NCBI GenBank assembly: GCA_012295275.1 | Contig: CM022679.1 | Span: 14,632,001-14,696,000 of the forward strand | Direction: 5' to 3' | DNA length: 64,000 bases | From: Chrysomallon squamiferum | Lineage: Eukaryota > Animalia > Mollusca | In this document: positions 39,209 through 63,672 of the stretch, in pieces | Layout: the number at the start of each line of letters is the position of its first letter | Numbering within the stretch: position 1 is the first letter of the stretch | Program-made: the position numbers and the translations under genes | The notes under the pieces: generated by a model | The model's database searches: none | The model's input: only the letters and a program-made list of their open reading frames with translations | Told to the model about the DNA's origin: nothing

Positions 39209-39789
39209 TCCTGTCTGGGCATCACAGCTTCAATATCCAAACAAAGACAACTGTAACAAACTGAACTGTGCGATATGAAAAGACTTCAATTCTGGAATAT
39301 CAGACAGTAATTTGTTCAGCTGAATTGTGGGATAGGAAAGAGGTAAACTCTGGAATAACATGTTGTAATTGTCTGCTGAATTATTTCAAATGAAATCCTT
39401 GAACTGTGAGATTTCAAACTGCTCAGAGATGAAACAGAAGAGACTTGAATGCTGGGATGTTATTGTGGTGCAGATTAAACAAGCAGTTCATTTCAAGATG
39501 CTTATCTTCACCATGTAAATCAGTGATGCGATATACTTTGATATTTATTTTTAATAAATATGCTGGTTTAATATCATGGTATGCTACAGGGTGTATTAAA
39601 TATTATATTATACTGCAGTGAACATTTGTTGTAAGAAATCTGTAAGTGATGCTTATTTAGATTATTACATCTAAACAGTTTTATTGCAAATGTGTCCTGG
39701 TGTTATGATTGTTAATAAAATGTTAAATTATTCATTACATAATACATCACAATGTAACTGATAGGAAAGTATAAATGTGTATTTGTCAT

Positions 39790-40210
39790 TAAAGAACAAG
39801 CTGGTAAGTGTTATAAAAGTAAAGACTGGTAATTATCATTAAAAGTATAGGTTGGTAATTGTGATAAAAGTACAGGTTGGTAATTATTATAAAAGTACAA
39901 GTTAGTAATTGTTTCAAAAATACACGCTGGTAATTGTTACAAAAGTAAAAGTCGGTAATTGTTATAAAAGTACAAGATGGTAGTTATTATAAAAGTACAA
40001 GATGGTAATTATTATAAAAGTAAAAGTTGGTAATTGTTATAAAAGTAAAACTCGGTAATTATAAAGTACAAGTTGGTAATTGTTATAAAAGTACATGTTG
40101 GTGATTATTATAAAAGTTGAGGTTGGTAAATGTTACATAAGTAAAGGTTGGTAGCTGTCATGAAAGTATTTGTTAAAGAGTAATTTGGTAATTAAGAGTA
40201 AGGTTGGTAT
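39790..40210 (+). repeat. ~25-bp minisatellite, copy block 2 (downstream of the RUFY stop)
   Basis: About 15 units of ATAAAAGTACAAG.TGGTAATTGTT. Confidence 0.85.
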
Positions 40211-43200
40211 TTGGATCGTTAACTGATAATTCCATGATGGAGATATAAATATTTATAATTCACATAATAATTTCAGTATGCTTTGGTTTATATGTTTGAA
40301 TGCTCTATAGTTTGCAGATTTTCTGGTTAATAAGATCAATATATGTAATATAATGGTGGTGACAATTATTTTAAATTTGATGTAAATTAATAATATCTTT
40401 CGTTACTAGTATGCATTAAATATATTTTATGCAGTACATTATGAAGAGCTTGTAATACAGCATTTTGTGTTCCTCATCACAAAGTCTGAATGAGATAATT
40501 TCATCAGTCAAATTCTTAAAATATCCTTTACTTTATAAAGAAAAGAACTTAAAATCTGTGAGAAAACAAGCAAAAAGCATAAATAAATGGTTCTGGAAAA
40601 TGAAGCAAAATCGATTTCACTGAAATTATGGTTTATTTATCATCCAAACTGATAGGACAGATTAACATTAATTAAAAAAAAAAAAGTTAATTAAACTATA
40701 AATGACCTGATTAATAATAAAGCCTGTGTAGTTTTATATTGACAAGAAGAAGTGATACAGTTTTTCAGTGGCTAATCGAGGTATGCATTATATATTAAAT
40801 TATTTATTATATTTTAATTGAAAAGAAACATCTGTTTATTCAGTTTTAACCTAAAACTGTGCAATGAATAAATTACTGTATTCTGTAAATTGTGTTTTAG
40901 TTCAGTTACTGAAGATGTTATCTTTAATTTGAAATGTAAATATCTTGTAGCATAAATGATTAAAGCCATTTTTGTTCTGATTAATATTTTTAAAACATAA
41001 AAATAATAATAAATAAGTAAATATTATGCATAAAAAAATATTTTCTCAGTGTAAATTAAAGATTATTTATTGTTTTATGGGTTGAAATTTTACCAAATTA
41101 AGAAATAAGTACATATATCAAAAACATTATTTGTTGTTCTTCTTTAAGAGATGTTTTATTTCATTTTTATAAATAAAATTGTAAAATATAAAGCAATTGT
41201 TTTGAAATTAATGTCAGTTAAGTACTTATTCATCAGTTATTTATTAAATGGTACATTTTTACACACACACACACACATACACACACACAAATACATCTGA
41301 ATAATGCTTGCACATACAACACATATGAATATATAAATGGTTGATAAATTTTTCTGAAAAATGTGGTACATCAATTTGACATGTGGTACATCAATTTGTT
41401 TAATTAACTGATCTTCTGAAGTTTGGAAAAATATGTATATTTAAAACAAAACTAACAAAACATATTTGCATTCATAGATAAGAACTGATCAGAAAGAGAA
41501 AACACTGGTGGAAGTTACATACACAGTTACAGACAGACAGACACACACAGACACAGATCCAAAATTACATACATACACACACACAAGTATATATGTATGT
41601 ACATAGGTGTTAAAAAATACAAATACACACCCACATATACACATATTACTTTTCTCTGCTTTGTCACAAGGATGTAACTTCAAAGATTTTTAAATTTTCT
41701 GCTAACAAACTGAACATCTTTAAAAAAAAAAAAATAATAAAATAAAAATGTCCTACTTATTCCTTTCAGTAACTTAAATCTCTAAAATGTGATAAAGTTG
41801 TTACAGCTTTATCTGGTAATTTGAATATGATCACACCCTCGACAGTTAAAAAGATGTAAATTGTTTTGACAACTGTAATTATTTATCTGACTCCTGTTCA
41901 ATTTTGTGTGACTTGCTTTTGTCTCAGCCCTCACTAGTGCGAGGGTGAAATTATACAGTGTTACAAGTAAATTTAATAATACATCTAAACTTGGCTTTGA
42001 ATTACTTCAGTCTCAGTGTTAGGATAAAGAGACTATAATTTGTATTTTAACTGGAAGAAAGCAAAACTTCTAAATTAAAAAATTGTCTTGAATCTGTGTT
42101 ATTTAGTATTTAGGAAAAGCCTGGTTTTGTTATAGGTGTCGTGAACAAATACAGTGATATACTTGTTACATTCTTTCTTCTTTTTTTTTTTTTTTTAAGG
42201 AAAAATAAATAATTTCTATGGTTTTTATTATTTCTATAATTTCAATTGTTTATTTTTTAGATTCTTTTATTAATGTTATTGTTTATATGACACACACACA
42301 CACACACACACACACAGATACTTATATGATAGTTAAGTCATTTGTCAACAAAATATTAGTTGTATCACATATGACATGAATTCATTTTTGTCTTTTTAAA
42401 TTATAATTATATATATAAAAAAAAAGAATTTAAAAAAAAACCCACCTTATTAGACCATGAAACTGGAAATAACAATCCTTAAATAACAATCTGAACATAT
42501 TTTACATTTACTAAAAAGGAAAAATTGTATGTATTAACATACAGACCTGAGACTTAAATTTTTTAATAAAACAATCACTAAAAAATTTGTTATTAATTTA
42601 TGTTTACATCCAGTTTATTTTTAAAAAGTTTATAGAAAAATTAAATTTCAACAGTTTTTGTTGACAAAGAAAAATAAATTTTGAACAGTAAAATATTATC
42701 AACAAAGACTATTTATTTTTCACACAGAATGTACTGTATACCTCCAGTTTACACTAAAAATCTAGGAAAACAAAATAAAATATTTGACAGGCTTATATTT
42801 CATTGGCATGATCTATGGTCATTTGAATACTTCCTTTGCCCATTGCATATAAAATTTATTATTTATAGATGTTGATTTCATCTTTTAATGAAACAAAAAC
42901 AGAACATCGTCTACAAATATTTTACAATATGATATATGACAAAAACGTTCATTCAGTATATTATTATCAGTACTGTTGAAATACATATATCAATCTGTGA
43001 TCTGTATTTTAAAAATACATGCAAATATCCTGTATGGAAAAAAAAAAAGAAAAAAAAAAGATATCTAATATACCAAAAATTATATGATTTGTATTAGATA
43101 CAAGTTAATATCATTCAAAATTATTATTTTTTATTTGGATCTAAAGTACACTCATTAGTCTAGACCAGAAGGGCAATCTTTATTTGAGATGCAAGCCACA

Positions 43201-43315
43201 GGAGAACAGGTTATCACCAGGTGGCCTGCACTACTAATAAATGTTATTTTTTTGAGAAGTCAGACTTGCCATTCAGAAAGCCACAGTTTGTCTATGACTG
43301 GTCTGGTCCATCAGT

Positions 43316-43603
43316 GACTACAGTTATTCTCTACATCAGTAAAATTATTTAAAGAATTAACAGAAATACAATTTTTAATGTGGTAATTATATAACATTCT
43401 TCAAATTCATCTGTTAAAGACTATTGTTACTCAGTATCAGTATCAATAAAATTTAAAGAATTAACAGAAATATAATTTTTAATGTATAATTATATAAAAT
43501 TCTTCATGTTTATACATGTAATTCTATCAAGGACTATAGTTATTCTGTATCAGTAAAATTATTTAAAGAATTAATGGAAATGTAATTTTTAATGTTGTAA
43601 TTA
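43316..43603. repeat. ~100-115-bp tandem repeat (~3 copies)
   Basis: GACTA.AGTTATTCT..ATCAGTAAAATTATTTAAAGAATTAACAGAAAT.CAATTTTTAATGT repeated at ~43316, ~43419 and ~43532. Confidence 0.75.
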
Positions 43604-43940
43604 CATACCAATGGTGTACAGAAAACCACTGTAGCAAAATGGACAAGACTGTCTCTGTTTTTTCTAAATGATGTTATATTATGTCTTTCATATCATAAGC
43701 TGATCTATTTTTGTTTGATTGTTTGCTGTTAATGTACTTTTGTAAATAATCAGTGTGTACATAGTGCATTGAACTGTTAAATATGTATTTTGATGCAGTC
43801 ATGATATGTATCTGTTTAATAAACTACATGTAAGATATCATTTTGTATTTAACTGATGTATTTTTAATTTTATAATGAGTCGAGAGATTCAAAATAATTG
43901 GAATGAAGGATTGTTAGAAATATTGATTTCAGTCTCAGTT

Positions 43941-44010
43941 GTGATGATGATGATAATGATGATGATGATGATAATATCAATAATGATCAAATATAATAAT
44001 AATAATAATG

Positions 44011-44070
<60 letters not shown>

Positions 44071-44085
44071 GTAATAGTAATAAAA
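43941..44085. repeat. (GAT)n/(AAT)n microsatellite
   Basis: Directly visible. Confidence 0.9.
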
Positions 44086-44323
44086 TGTTTAACAGCTTAT
44101 ATCTTTATATGGTTACCAAACTAGTGTCCTGATACAAACCTTATCCAAAGTGATTCTTTGATCAAACATTCTTGATTTTGTGTTTGTGCTCATGTGTGAA
44201 TGTGCATGTGTTTATTTGCTTATATGTACATTTTGGGAATATGTATCCATGTGTAACCATACTTTCTATCATAAAGATGGTTTAAACTGTAAATACCCAG
44301 CATCCAGCACACGAAGAGTGATT

Positions 44324-45475
44324 CTAGATCACAAATATTCCCAGCAAAAGAAAAGATGAAGTAACAAAAAAGCCAAAGAGAATCCAGTCGATTTTTTTCA
44401 AGGTGTTTTCAGCTGACTTCTTCTCATTTTCAGACGATTCCATATTTAATTGAAACAACCCACGACAACATTTTAAGCCAACAACATCATCACTATCAGC
44501 ATCATCATCCTTCGTCTGAGGGCCTCTGTCGGCACGATAAATTGTTGCCAGTATGGCAGTGACACAGTGAAGCAGGACTGACAGGAGATAGGCTTCGAGA
44601 TTTGAGATACTTAAAGACGTCCTGGGCATGGAGTCGTTAATGAAATTGAGGAACACGGCATACGACACAAATATAGATATGAGATATGAGAGTTTCTCTC
44701 CTGAGTTTGGTGGAAACAGGAACACAAGGGAAGTGAGAAAAGACAGGAGGAACATTGGACAAATCGTGCTTGTTATGTAGCAGATGCTTTTTCGTTCCAT
44801 GACAATGGTGAAACGAGCTGTGTCGAGGTCGTAGTTGTAGATGTGGTTGATGACTGTGCCACTGATGTGTTTCAGCTTCCATTCGCTGGCTATCGACAGA
44901 AGGTCATTGGGAATATTCTCCGTCTCACTGAGAACAAACTGGGCAGCAGAACCTCTTGGACAAGACAGGAGAAGATTACAAGCCTGGGTGTCAAAAGGAT
45001 AACGTCGAGTATTCAGTGAGCAAGTTGTTCTAAATATAGTGTAAATCCTCAGAGCAACTCGGCCATTGTTGTTGATATACAGAGGCAGATTGGTCTGCAG
45101 GTTTGTTGAATCATCTGCAGGATTCAGTAAATAAAACTTTGGATACCAGATGTATTCAGGGTCCAGCTGAAGGTTTTCAATATTTCCATATTCTGACTTG
45201 TTCCATTTAAGTCTCGGGTCTTCCCAAACTATCTCAAAGTGAGCAGAGAATGAAAATGTTTGATGGACTGCATCAATTCCAAGTATGGCCACCAAATTCA
45301 TGTCTAATGTGACACTTACGTTGCCATAGCTGTCGCCAAAAGCTGGAGTTAACACAGAGTAGTTACTTAACAGATCAAGAATCAAGTGTTGTGTTTCTAA
45401 CAGCCCAGAATCTGGACTGCAGAAAACATTCAGTGAAAAGCTTATTAAAACTACAACACTGAAAACACACTCCAT
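44324..45475 (-). CDS. Intronless divergent Cys-loop ligand-gated ion channel subunit (nAChR-like, non-alpha), 383 aa
   Basis: Single ORF with signal peptide, WEDPRLKW, IWYP, 15-residue Cys-loop CSLNTRRYPFDTQAC, EW, M1 (..PMFLLSFLTSLVFLFP), cationic GEK motif before M2, M3, short M3-M4 loop and M4 (IDWILFGFF..). No vicinal CC in loop C. Confidence 0.93.
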   Translation of the reverse strand: MECVFSVVVLISFSLNVFCSPDSGLLETQHLILDLLSNYSVLTPAFGDSYGNVSVTLDMNLVAILGIDAVHQTFSFSAHFEIVWEDPRLKWNKSEYGNIENLQLDPEYIWYPKFYLLNPADDSTNLQTNLPLYINNNGRVALRIYTIFRTTCSLNTRRYPFDTQACNLLLSCPRGSAAQFVLSETENIPNDLLSIASEWKLKHISGTVINHIYNYDLDTARFTIVMERKSICYITSTICPMFLLSFLTSLVFLFPPNSGEKLSYLISIFVSYAVFLNFINDSMPRTSLSISNLEAYLLSVLLHCVTAILATIYRADRGPQTKDDDADSDDVVGLKCCRGLFQLNMESSENEKKSAENTLKKIDWILFGFFVTSSFLLLGIFVI

Positions 45476-45516
45476 GCTCAGTCATAGAGAAGTCAGGCCT
45501 GTTTGTCTAGAGAAAA

Positions 45517-45524
45517 CTTATATA
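45517..45524 (-). promoter_or_regulatory. Candidate TATA box for the Cys-loop receptor gene
   Basis: Minus-strand TATATAAG ~45-50 nt upstream of the ATG at 45475. The AT-rich background lowers specificity. Confidence 0.35.
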
Positions 45525-46589
45525 AATGTTTTATCACAGTTTTTTCGTACTTGTAACACAGAAAACAACTAAAACCGTGGGCTGGTTTCATGTTTAGTGA
45601 ATGGAAAGTCCCCCAGAAACTAAAACGTTCTATCAGTGTTTGATACATATACGTGAAATAATAAATGTTTCATTTTACTGAATAAACACGTGAAGACAAA
45701 AAACATTAAACAAAAGGTAAACCCCAGTGCATTGGTATGTTTTAAAAACAATAACAGCCACATTACTGAACTAATGAAATAAAAGCTTTCAGTCTGGTGG
45801 CATTCTGGTTGCCATGGTAACAAACAGTCCTGTCCCGACAAAGAAGTAAATGTGTATTTGTGTAGAGGCAAGCATCACATTATTTAACATAGATAACAGA
45901 GAAATTAATTGTCTGAAACACATTAATCAATACACACATATTTATACTACTTAAAGCATTTTTGTTATCATCACTGCAAAACCGTATCAAAGTTAATTAA
46001 GAAAGCATTAATTAAGGAAGAGTAAATTTTAGTGAATGGTCTAAAATAATCTATTTACTTTTTAAATATTTTTATTTTATTAAAACCATTTAGTTGAAGT
46101 CATTGTAAATAGCATGTTATTGATATTGAGCAAGGTGAAAAAGTAATGAATACTTTACTAATACAAATACACTGTGTATATATTTATCTCTCTGTACGAT
46201 CATATGAGAAAAATTTATTTTAAGGAAATATTTATGTAGGTTCAGATCTTATATTTGCTGAAAAATAGTGGCTGCTGGCCAAAGCAGACAGGTGGCTTTT
46301 CAAATAAAGAAAAGAATTTGGGTAGGATATGATGCTGTCAGACTAAGTTCTGCAGTAGACTCACATCAGTCAGCAGCAAGGAATCTTTTATTTAGACCTT
46401 TCAACTGAGAAAGACAGAAAAACAACATAACAAGGATTTTAATAAACAAGTTGAGACCATGAATTTCAGGACTCTAGCCTATCCGAATGTTCACTTTGCT
46501 GTTCCACATATTACTTTTTTTTTATTTATAAGACCAAAGAAAGAGACCTGAAGAGAACATTTTATTTGAAATAAAAGGAAATGTTATTT

Positions 46590-46822
46590 TTTTGTCAGAC
46601 ATATGGTTAGGGACCATTCAGTTAAGAAGAGGAAAACATCTGCCACTACTTCATTGTATACTTTTTAATTAGCAGCAAGGAATCTTTCACCTTCCCCCAA
46701 ACTTGACAGTATATACTGTGGTCCTTGTTAAACATTGGCTAGAAATAGACAAGTCCAGCAAGGGTGGTTGATCCAATAACCAACTGTACCTCAAGCAGAC
46801 ACTATCATTCATCTATGCCACA
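46590..46822 (+). mobile_element. Degraded interspersed (SINE-like) repeat
   Basis: AGAGGAAAACATCTGCCA...AGCAGCAAGGAATCTTT..CCTTCCC also occurs, reverse-complemented and diverged, at ~37190-37320. A partial CAGCAGCAAGGAATCTTT occurs at ~46371. Family not identified. Confidence 0.45.
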
Positions 46823-47504
46823 CTACCTTGCTGTTTTGTTCAAATAGCAGCTGAATTACAGAGCAAAGATATTTCATTATTATAGAAAATTAGGACAATA
46901 ACTTACAAATGCTTCAGTTTCTGTTTTTGTGAAATGCAATGAGAAATATCCCATAATACAAATAAGCAAACAAAAAAAAATAGTGAAAAATTACAAAAAA
47001 TAAAAGTCATTTAGATAAAGATTAAATAAAGTAATCTAAAGCAACAAACACAAAAGAAACAACACAACAAAGACATAATTTAAGCTCCCTTTTATTTCCC
47101 CTTCGATACCACATCCCTTAAAAAACAATTAACATGGTGATTACTCAGAGTAGCAGTACAATTCATGATACAATATGATATTATTCCATGCTGCCATATA
47201 TTGGCTTACGTCCCTTCATCCATAACTATATAGTGTAAATAGGGTTAACAAATCATTGCGTAAGTAAATAATTCTCCAACAAGAGTTGGTCCATATATGT
47301 AAGTTATAATCGAAAATCAAATATGAATATCTTTATATAAAAAGAAAATAATTGTTTTATATCGATCAGTATTCACAGGCATATCAAGATAGCAGAATTA
47401 CCACATGTTAAAAGATTCTTACATTTGGCTGAATGTTAAGTAAGTGATGTATATAAACAAAGCATTCTAAAAATATAGAGAAGATAGCAAGATGGGGAAG
47501 ATTG

Positions 47505-47549
47505 AAGAGGAAAGGAGGAAGGAGGGAGAGAGGGAGAGGAGAGGAGGGG

Positions 47550-47617
<68 letters not shown>
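47505..47617. repeat. Purine-rich/(GA)n microsatellite
   Basis: Directly visible. Confidence 0.95.
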
Positions 47618-47621
<4 letters not shown>

Positions 47622-50600
47622 AGTGAAGTATTTAATTAATAATTTGATTTCAAGTCAAAATCAATAAATACATAAATACTCAAGTGCTCTGACAAGTATA
47701 ATGCAAGGCAGAACAAATAAATATATAAACTATACACTTTAAAAAAAAGCAAAAACAGTATTTCAGTGTTTTTACTATCAATATCAAATGAAATAACATA
47801 AAAATAAAAAAATATACCTTATTCATTTCTGTTTAATATGTAAATGATTTGTCAACACATTTTATGTTAAATTGCTAAAACTGCAAAACCAAAAAAAAAA
47901 AAAAAAAAAACAATTATTTTTCCCTGATTATTTTTTCCACAACACCACAATTAACTAATTAATAATTTCTAATGATTCCCTCAAAAAAAAAAAAAAATCA
48001 TATTTTATACTAACAAAGAATAAAAGTCACAAATAAGCGTAATGATGAAACTGGGATAACTTAGCCACTCTGTGATGATGGTTTAAACAACAACATTAAA
48101 TAATTTACATCTGACATAAAAATATTGTTCAAAAAATATATTTTAAATAAAGTATAACAACTAAAAAGTGGGCAACGTAAAATGAGCTTCTCGGAAAAAG
48201 GAACAAAATAGGCTTATTGGATTGTCAGTAGTAGAAACATGAAAATGTAACAAAGCAAAGTAACAAAAAAATGCCAATGAGAACAGACTGAAAGATTGTA
48301 AGTGCACGAAAAGAGTACATTTAACAGACATTTTCACTAACCAGGGCTGAATGTATTGAATATATTCCAGTTTTAATAACTGGGCTCACAATCTGATAAA
48401 ATTTGTTATATTGTTTTTAAATTAATCAAGAAGAAAAAAAAAAAAAAAGGTTTTAGTTATTAGTGTTATTGAATTCATTATTATTTTAATTTTAAATTGT
48501 GCTTTGATGTTTAACTTTTATTAAATTATTAAATTTTATGTTCCATAGTCAAAGATTAGTGACAAAACTGAACGAATGTGTGAATGTACACAGATGCACA
48601 TGCATTTAAGTACATGTGCACACACATATGTTTCTCATAAACAGACTTAAAATGTTATATAGTTCTGTACTATATTGCTTTTATAGCCCTGGATTTAAAC
48701 AAGATAAAATAAACAGACAAATTAAATGTCATGTTTATAGTAACAAAATTTAAGTACATGCAGCCATAGGAGAAACCAAACAAAACATTCAGAAAATGAG
48801 ACATTTCTTACAAATAGACATAAAAACATTTTAACATTGTCAAATAACAAGTCTTGTTTTCACAACCTAGCAGTAGTGTTTTGAAAATACATTATGAAAT
48901 GAGAAAATAATAATGGTAATAATGTTTTTATTATAATCACTTAAATCTTACTTTTCTTAATTACTTTTTTTTTTATCCCTATTATTTTTTTTTTTGAATT
49001 CTTAATTATTTTTCGTTTTCTTTTTCTAGCATAATATTTTTTATTCATTCACATTAAGTTTAGCCTGTAGTGGATACAGATAGTGAATCAGTTCAGAGAG
49101 CAACATTCTGATCTAGTCAGAGCAATGTTCTGATTAGCATCTTTTATCTGGTTCTGTGGACAATATTTTTCAGCAGGACTTTTGTTATATATTTATATTT
49201 CAGCATTTTTTTTTTAAAAAAAAAACAAAACAAAAAGAAACACATTTATACATTTTGTAGGCATTTGTTAATTTAGGCACTTTTTTTTTCTATATTTATA
49301 GCCATTTAAGTTCACTTAATAAAATAATGATAATGACAAACAATTACCATATGATGTCTCATGGAAAAAAAAAGAAGAAAGTTTTATTTAATTAAAATTA
49401 GCTCATCAAAATTGGGAGAAAATGAAAAAAAGAACAGTTCAGCTCTTTAGTGAAGAAGATAAAGTTAAATGAAAGGATGAATGGTAAGTGAAAGAACAAA
49501 AAGGTTTTAAAAATGTTTTATAAATCTACTGTGAATATAGATGAATATAATTATGTAAGAATGTCTTAAGACTTAATAATATAAGCAACACAAAAACAAC
49601 CACCGAGCATGTGAGATCTGATGCCCCTTTTTCACCTAGAAGCTTGTGAAATAAATAAATACAGCAAATAACAAAATGGATATGAAATTTGTAAACAAAA
49701 CAATGCAAACAAAATGGTGAGACGGTAACCTCCCATTTGTTACATATGTCCATTCTGTCAGACACCTTATAATAAAACCATAAGTCTTGTCCCCTGATTT
49801 AAGTGTACAATGAATGACTGATCCGAATCAAAGATAAATGCCCAGGAGGTTATACAGAGGTTTAAGAATCAATCCTTAGTACTTTCTTGTAGCCAAGTTT
49901 GATATGTACAACCCATAACTTACTTCTGCTATTTTAATTACATCCTATTAACAACAGTTGTGTTCTCTGCTTTTCAATACTGCATTAAGATATACTGGGT
50001 GTTGACTTGTTCAGTTTTTCAATTAACTCTCACAAATGGGAGAAAGTAGTTATGTAATGAATGGAATGTGCAACAAAGGGAGATAAACCATTTGTAAAAC
50101 AGTGGATGTAAATTCAGCAAAAAGATATGTTTTAGTTTCCAACGCCCAGCATTGAAACTTTCAACATTCAAATTTACAGTCGCAAAGATGACAAACAGTA
50201 TGCTGTTGAAAGTAATGTGTGATGAACTTATATTAATTAATGAATGCCAAAAAAAAAAAAAAAAAAAAAAAGGAAAATTAAGAAAAAGATTAAAATTAAA
50301 ATTCATGGAAGATTGTTATCCCTGAATATGTAATGGATTTTCTTTTTTTCTTTTAAAATTAAAAAAATAAATAAATAAATAATATTTGAATTCAAAATTG
50401 ATAGGAAATTTTATTTTATTTTATTTATTTTATTTTTTTTTCAGAGATAATTTAATAAATAAAAATGATAATATTAAATTATTATAAAGTGAGTTTTACA
50501 AAAATAACTGATTAATATAAAATTTAATTAAATAACAAAGAAAGTAATTAAAAAACAATTGTTAAAGGATTTCACATTTTTTAGGCAGCATGATTGTTTT

Positions 50601-50729
50601 ATTTTTTGAATAAAAAATTTATTTCAGGCAGAAAATAAAAATGTCAAAAGGTGGGGAGAAAAATGCATGTGTCTGAAAATACTGTTTCTGCATTATATTA
50701 TTGAAAGGATTTAAGTAGTCTGCACCAAG

Positions 50730-50763
<34 letters not shown>

Positions 50764-51154
50764 GCATAATTTCTGTCATTCATTTACTCAGGCAAAACAA
50801 AACTAATAGCCATTAAAGTAAAATAAAAATGAAAATTGCAAATAGGGCAAAAAAAAAAATAAAAAAAAAAAAATTCTCAATAAAATATAAATAGATTTAT
50901 TAATGTCAAAAATAAATTCAAAATAAAATAAATGCAAATATGACAAAATCCATTCAAAATAGATATTTTTAACATATCAAAATAAATTATAAATTAAATA
51001 TTATAAATATGGCAAATCAAACTTGGTTTTCTGAGACATAATATTACATGAATTATTAATGAAAATGAAGTAAATGTACTTCTTCAAGTGAAAAGTTCAT
51101 GACGTGGGTATACTTCATCTACGTGAATTACTCATGATATGAAGTAGATATACT

Positions 51155-51205
51155 TCAGTCAAGTTTGCTTGCATAGCTCTTCAATAAATGACGAGGGCAA
51201 TCAGT
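51155..51205 (-). CDS. GFPT1: GFAT alternative (duplicated) terminal exon with divergent C-tail
   Basis: Poly-T tract + cag acceptor, then TDCPRHLLKSYASKLD*. Phase 0; aligns to the canonical last exon VDCPRNLAKSVTTE*. Confidence 0.75.
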   Translation of the reverse strand, partial: TDCPRHLLKSYASKLD

Positions 51206-51626
51206 CTGAAAAAAAAAAAAATTAAAATTTTTTAAATTATAGTTAATTAAAATATACAGGTTGAACATCTATCAGAAAAGTCTGAAATCTGAAGCATTTC
51301 AGGTAAGAGATCCTCAATTTGTCAACACAATGACATCAGAATAAAGATGCTGTCACATTTACCAATTCATAATAGTAGCAGGTTTAATCACTAAAATATA
51401 ATATCTATAACAAATGTCTAAAACATAATTAATTACATTATGTCATTGTTATTTAACTAATTTTAATTAAATTACACAGTGCTAGTGATAATTTAGAAAC
51501 TTATCCAAGGAAAAATGTTTTTTAATGAAACTGAAAAGTCTTTTTAATATTGTTTTATATTGATGTGGTTAAAGTAATCGTACAGTTTTTACAATGCACA
51601 GTGACTGTCTTAACAATAATAATAAT

Positions 51627-51657
<31 letters not shown>

Positions 51658-52640
51658 CCAAACAGTAGTTTTAAAATTAATAATATTAACAGTAAACAAC
51701 AATAATAATATTTTTCACCATCATTACTTATTTCCAGCATTATAATATAAAATAATAAAGATCAATAAATATGTGGTTATTTGTAATTAGTTTGAGAATA
51801 TTACAGAAGTATAATACAAGTATTTATTGACAGAAGCTGATAATTTAAAAAGCAACATAGCATAAGAATACAGATGGACGGGGTAAAACAAACAAGTGCA
51901 GCTATTTAAAAAAGGAAATTTGAATTTCCACGTTTAAACAACCACATCAAGGATATTTTCTCTATTGAAAATACATGTTAAAGACCATACTGATAATGAG
52001 AAAAAACTCAACATTGTTTTTTTTTTTTTTTCTCAAAAGCAAGAACTTTTATGAACTATATGCTTGTTGTGATGAAGGGGAAAGAACACACAAAAGCTTT
52101 TGATAAATGAGAAACAAAGCCTTGGTTGGAGTAAAAAGCTGCATCGAAGAAGAATTAATTGTGTGAGTTGTGACATTTCAGCACTTTACTCAGCTCCCAA
52201 CAGAAAGTCCACTTAAAGTAACCAACCAAATCCAGATAACTAATACATAGATGCTTCAGATAACAGATGTTTCAGATAAGTAATATTCTGCAGATAACTA
52301 ATTTAGAGATGGTACAAAAGTATCAAAATACCCAATATTTAGAATAAAAGTAAAATACAAGACCAGTAACTAATACTGAATGTAAATAGATATAAACTTC
52401 AAAGTGTCAAGTAACAAATACAAAATTTTCATGGAAATAATATTTATGAGAGATAAGAAAAAGTCTAGGCATACTTGGTTACGGAAAACTCAAAAGTCCA
52501 ATTAATATAAAAATCTGGAATAATCAATATTTATAATACAGATTTAAAAAATAAAAGTACACTTAATCATGGTCAAATACAGGTAACAAAATACAGGTAG
52601 TACAGGTAAAGTGCTTACAGGTGTTGAGATTGTGAAAAGT

Positions 52641-63672
<11,032 letters not shown>

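Noticed and set aside
37638-40210. Regularly spaced ~25-31-bp repeats resembling a CRISPR array
   Set aside because: Head-to-tail degenerate units with no unique spacers, no cas genes and a eukaryotic context; these are minisatellites.
44637-44882. 81-aa His-rich ORF overlapping the Cys-loop receptor
   Set aside because: Alternative frame inside a well-supported CDS with no independent evidence.
46830-51050. Long gap between the GFAT 3' end and the Cys-loop receptor, searched for further exons or receptor copies
   Set aside because: Only AT-rich low-complexity sequence and simple repeats were seen; no supportable coding exon.
51055-51157. SECIS-like reading of AUGA motifs after the TGA of the alternative GFAT tail
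   Set aside because: No convincing SECIS helix with a GA quartet and apical AA loop could be built by eye, and it is too close to the stop.
51158-51169. SKL (PTS1-like) in the alternative GFAT tail
   Set aside because: SKL is followed by Asp before the stop, so it is not C-terminal and not a valid PTS1.
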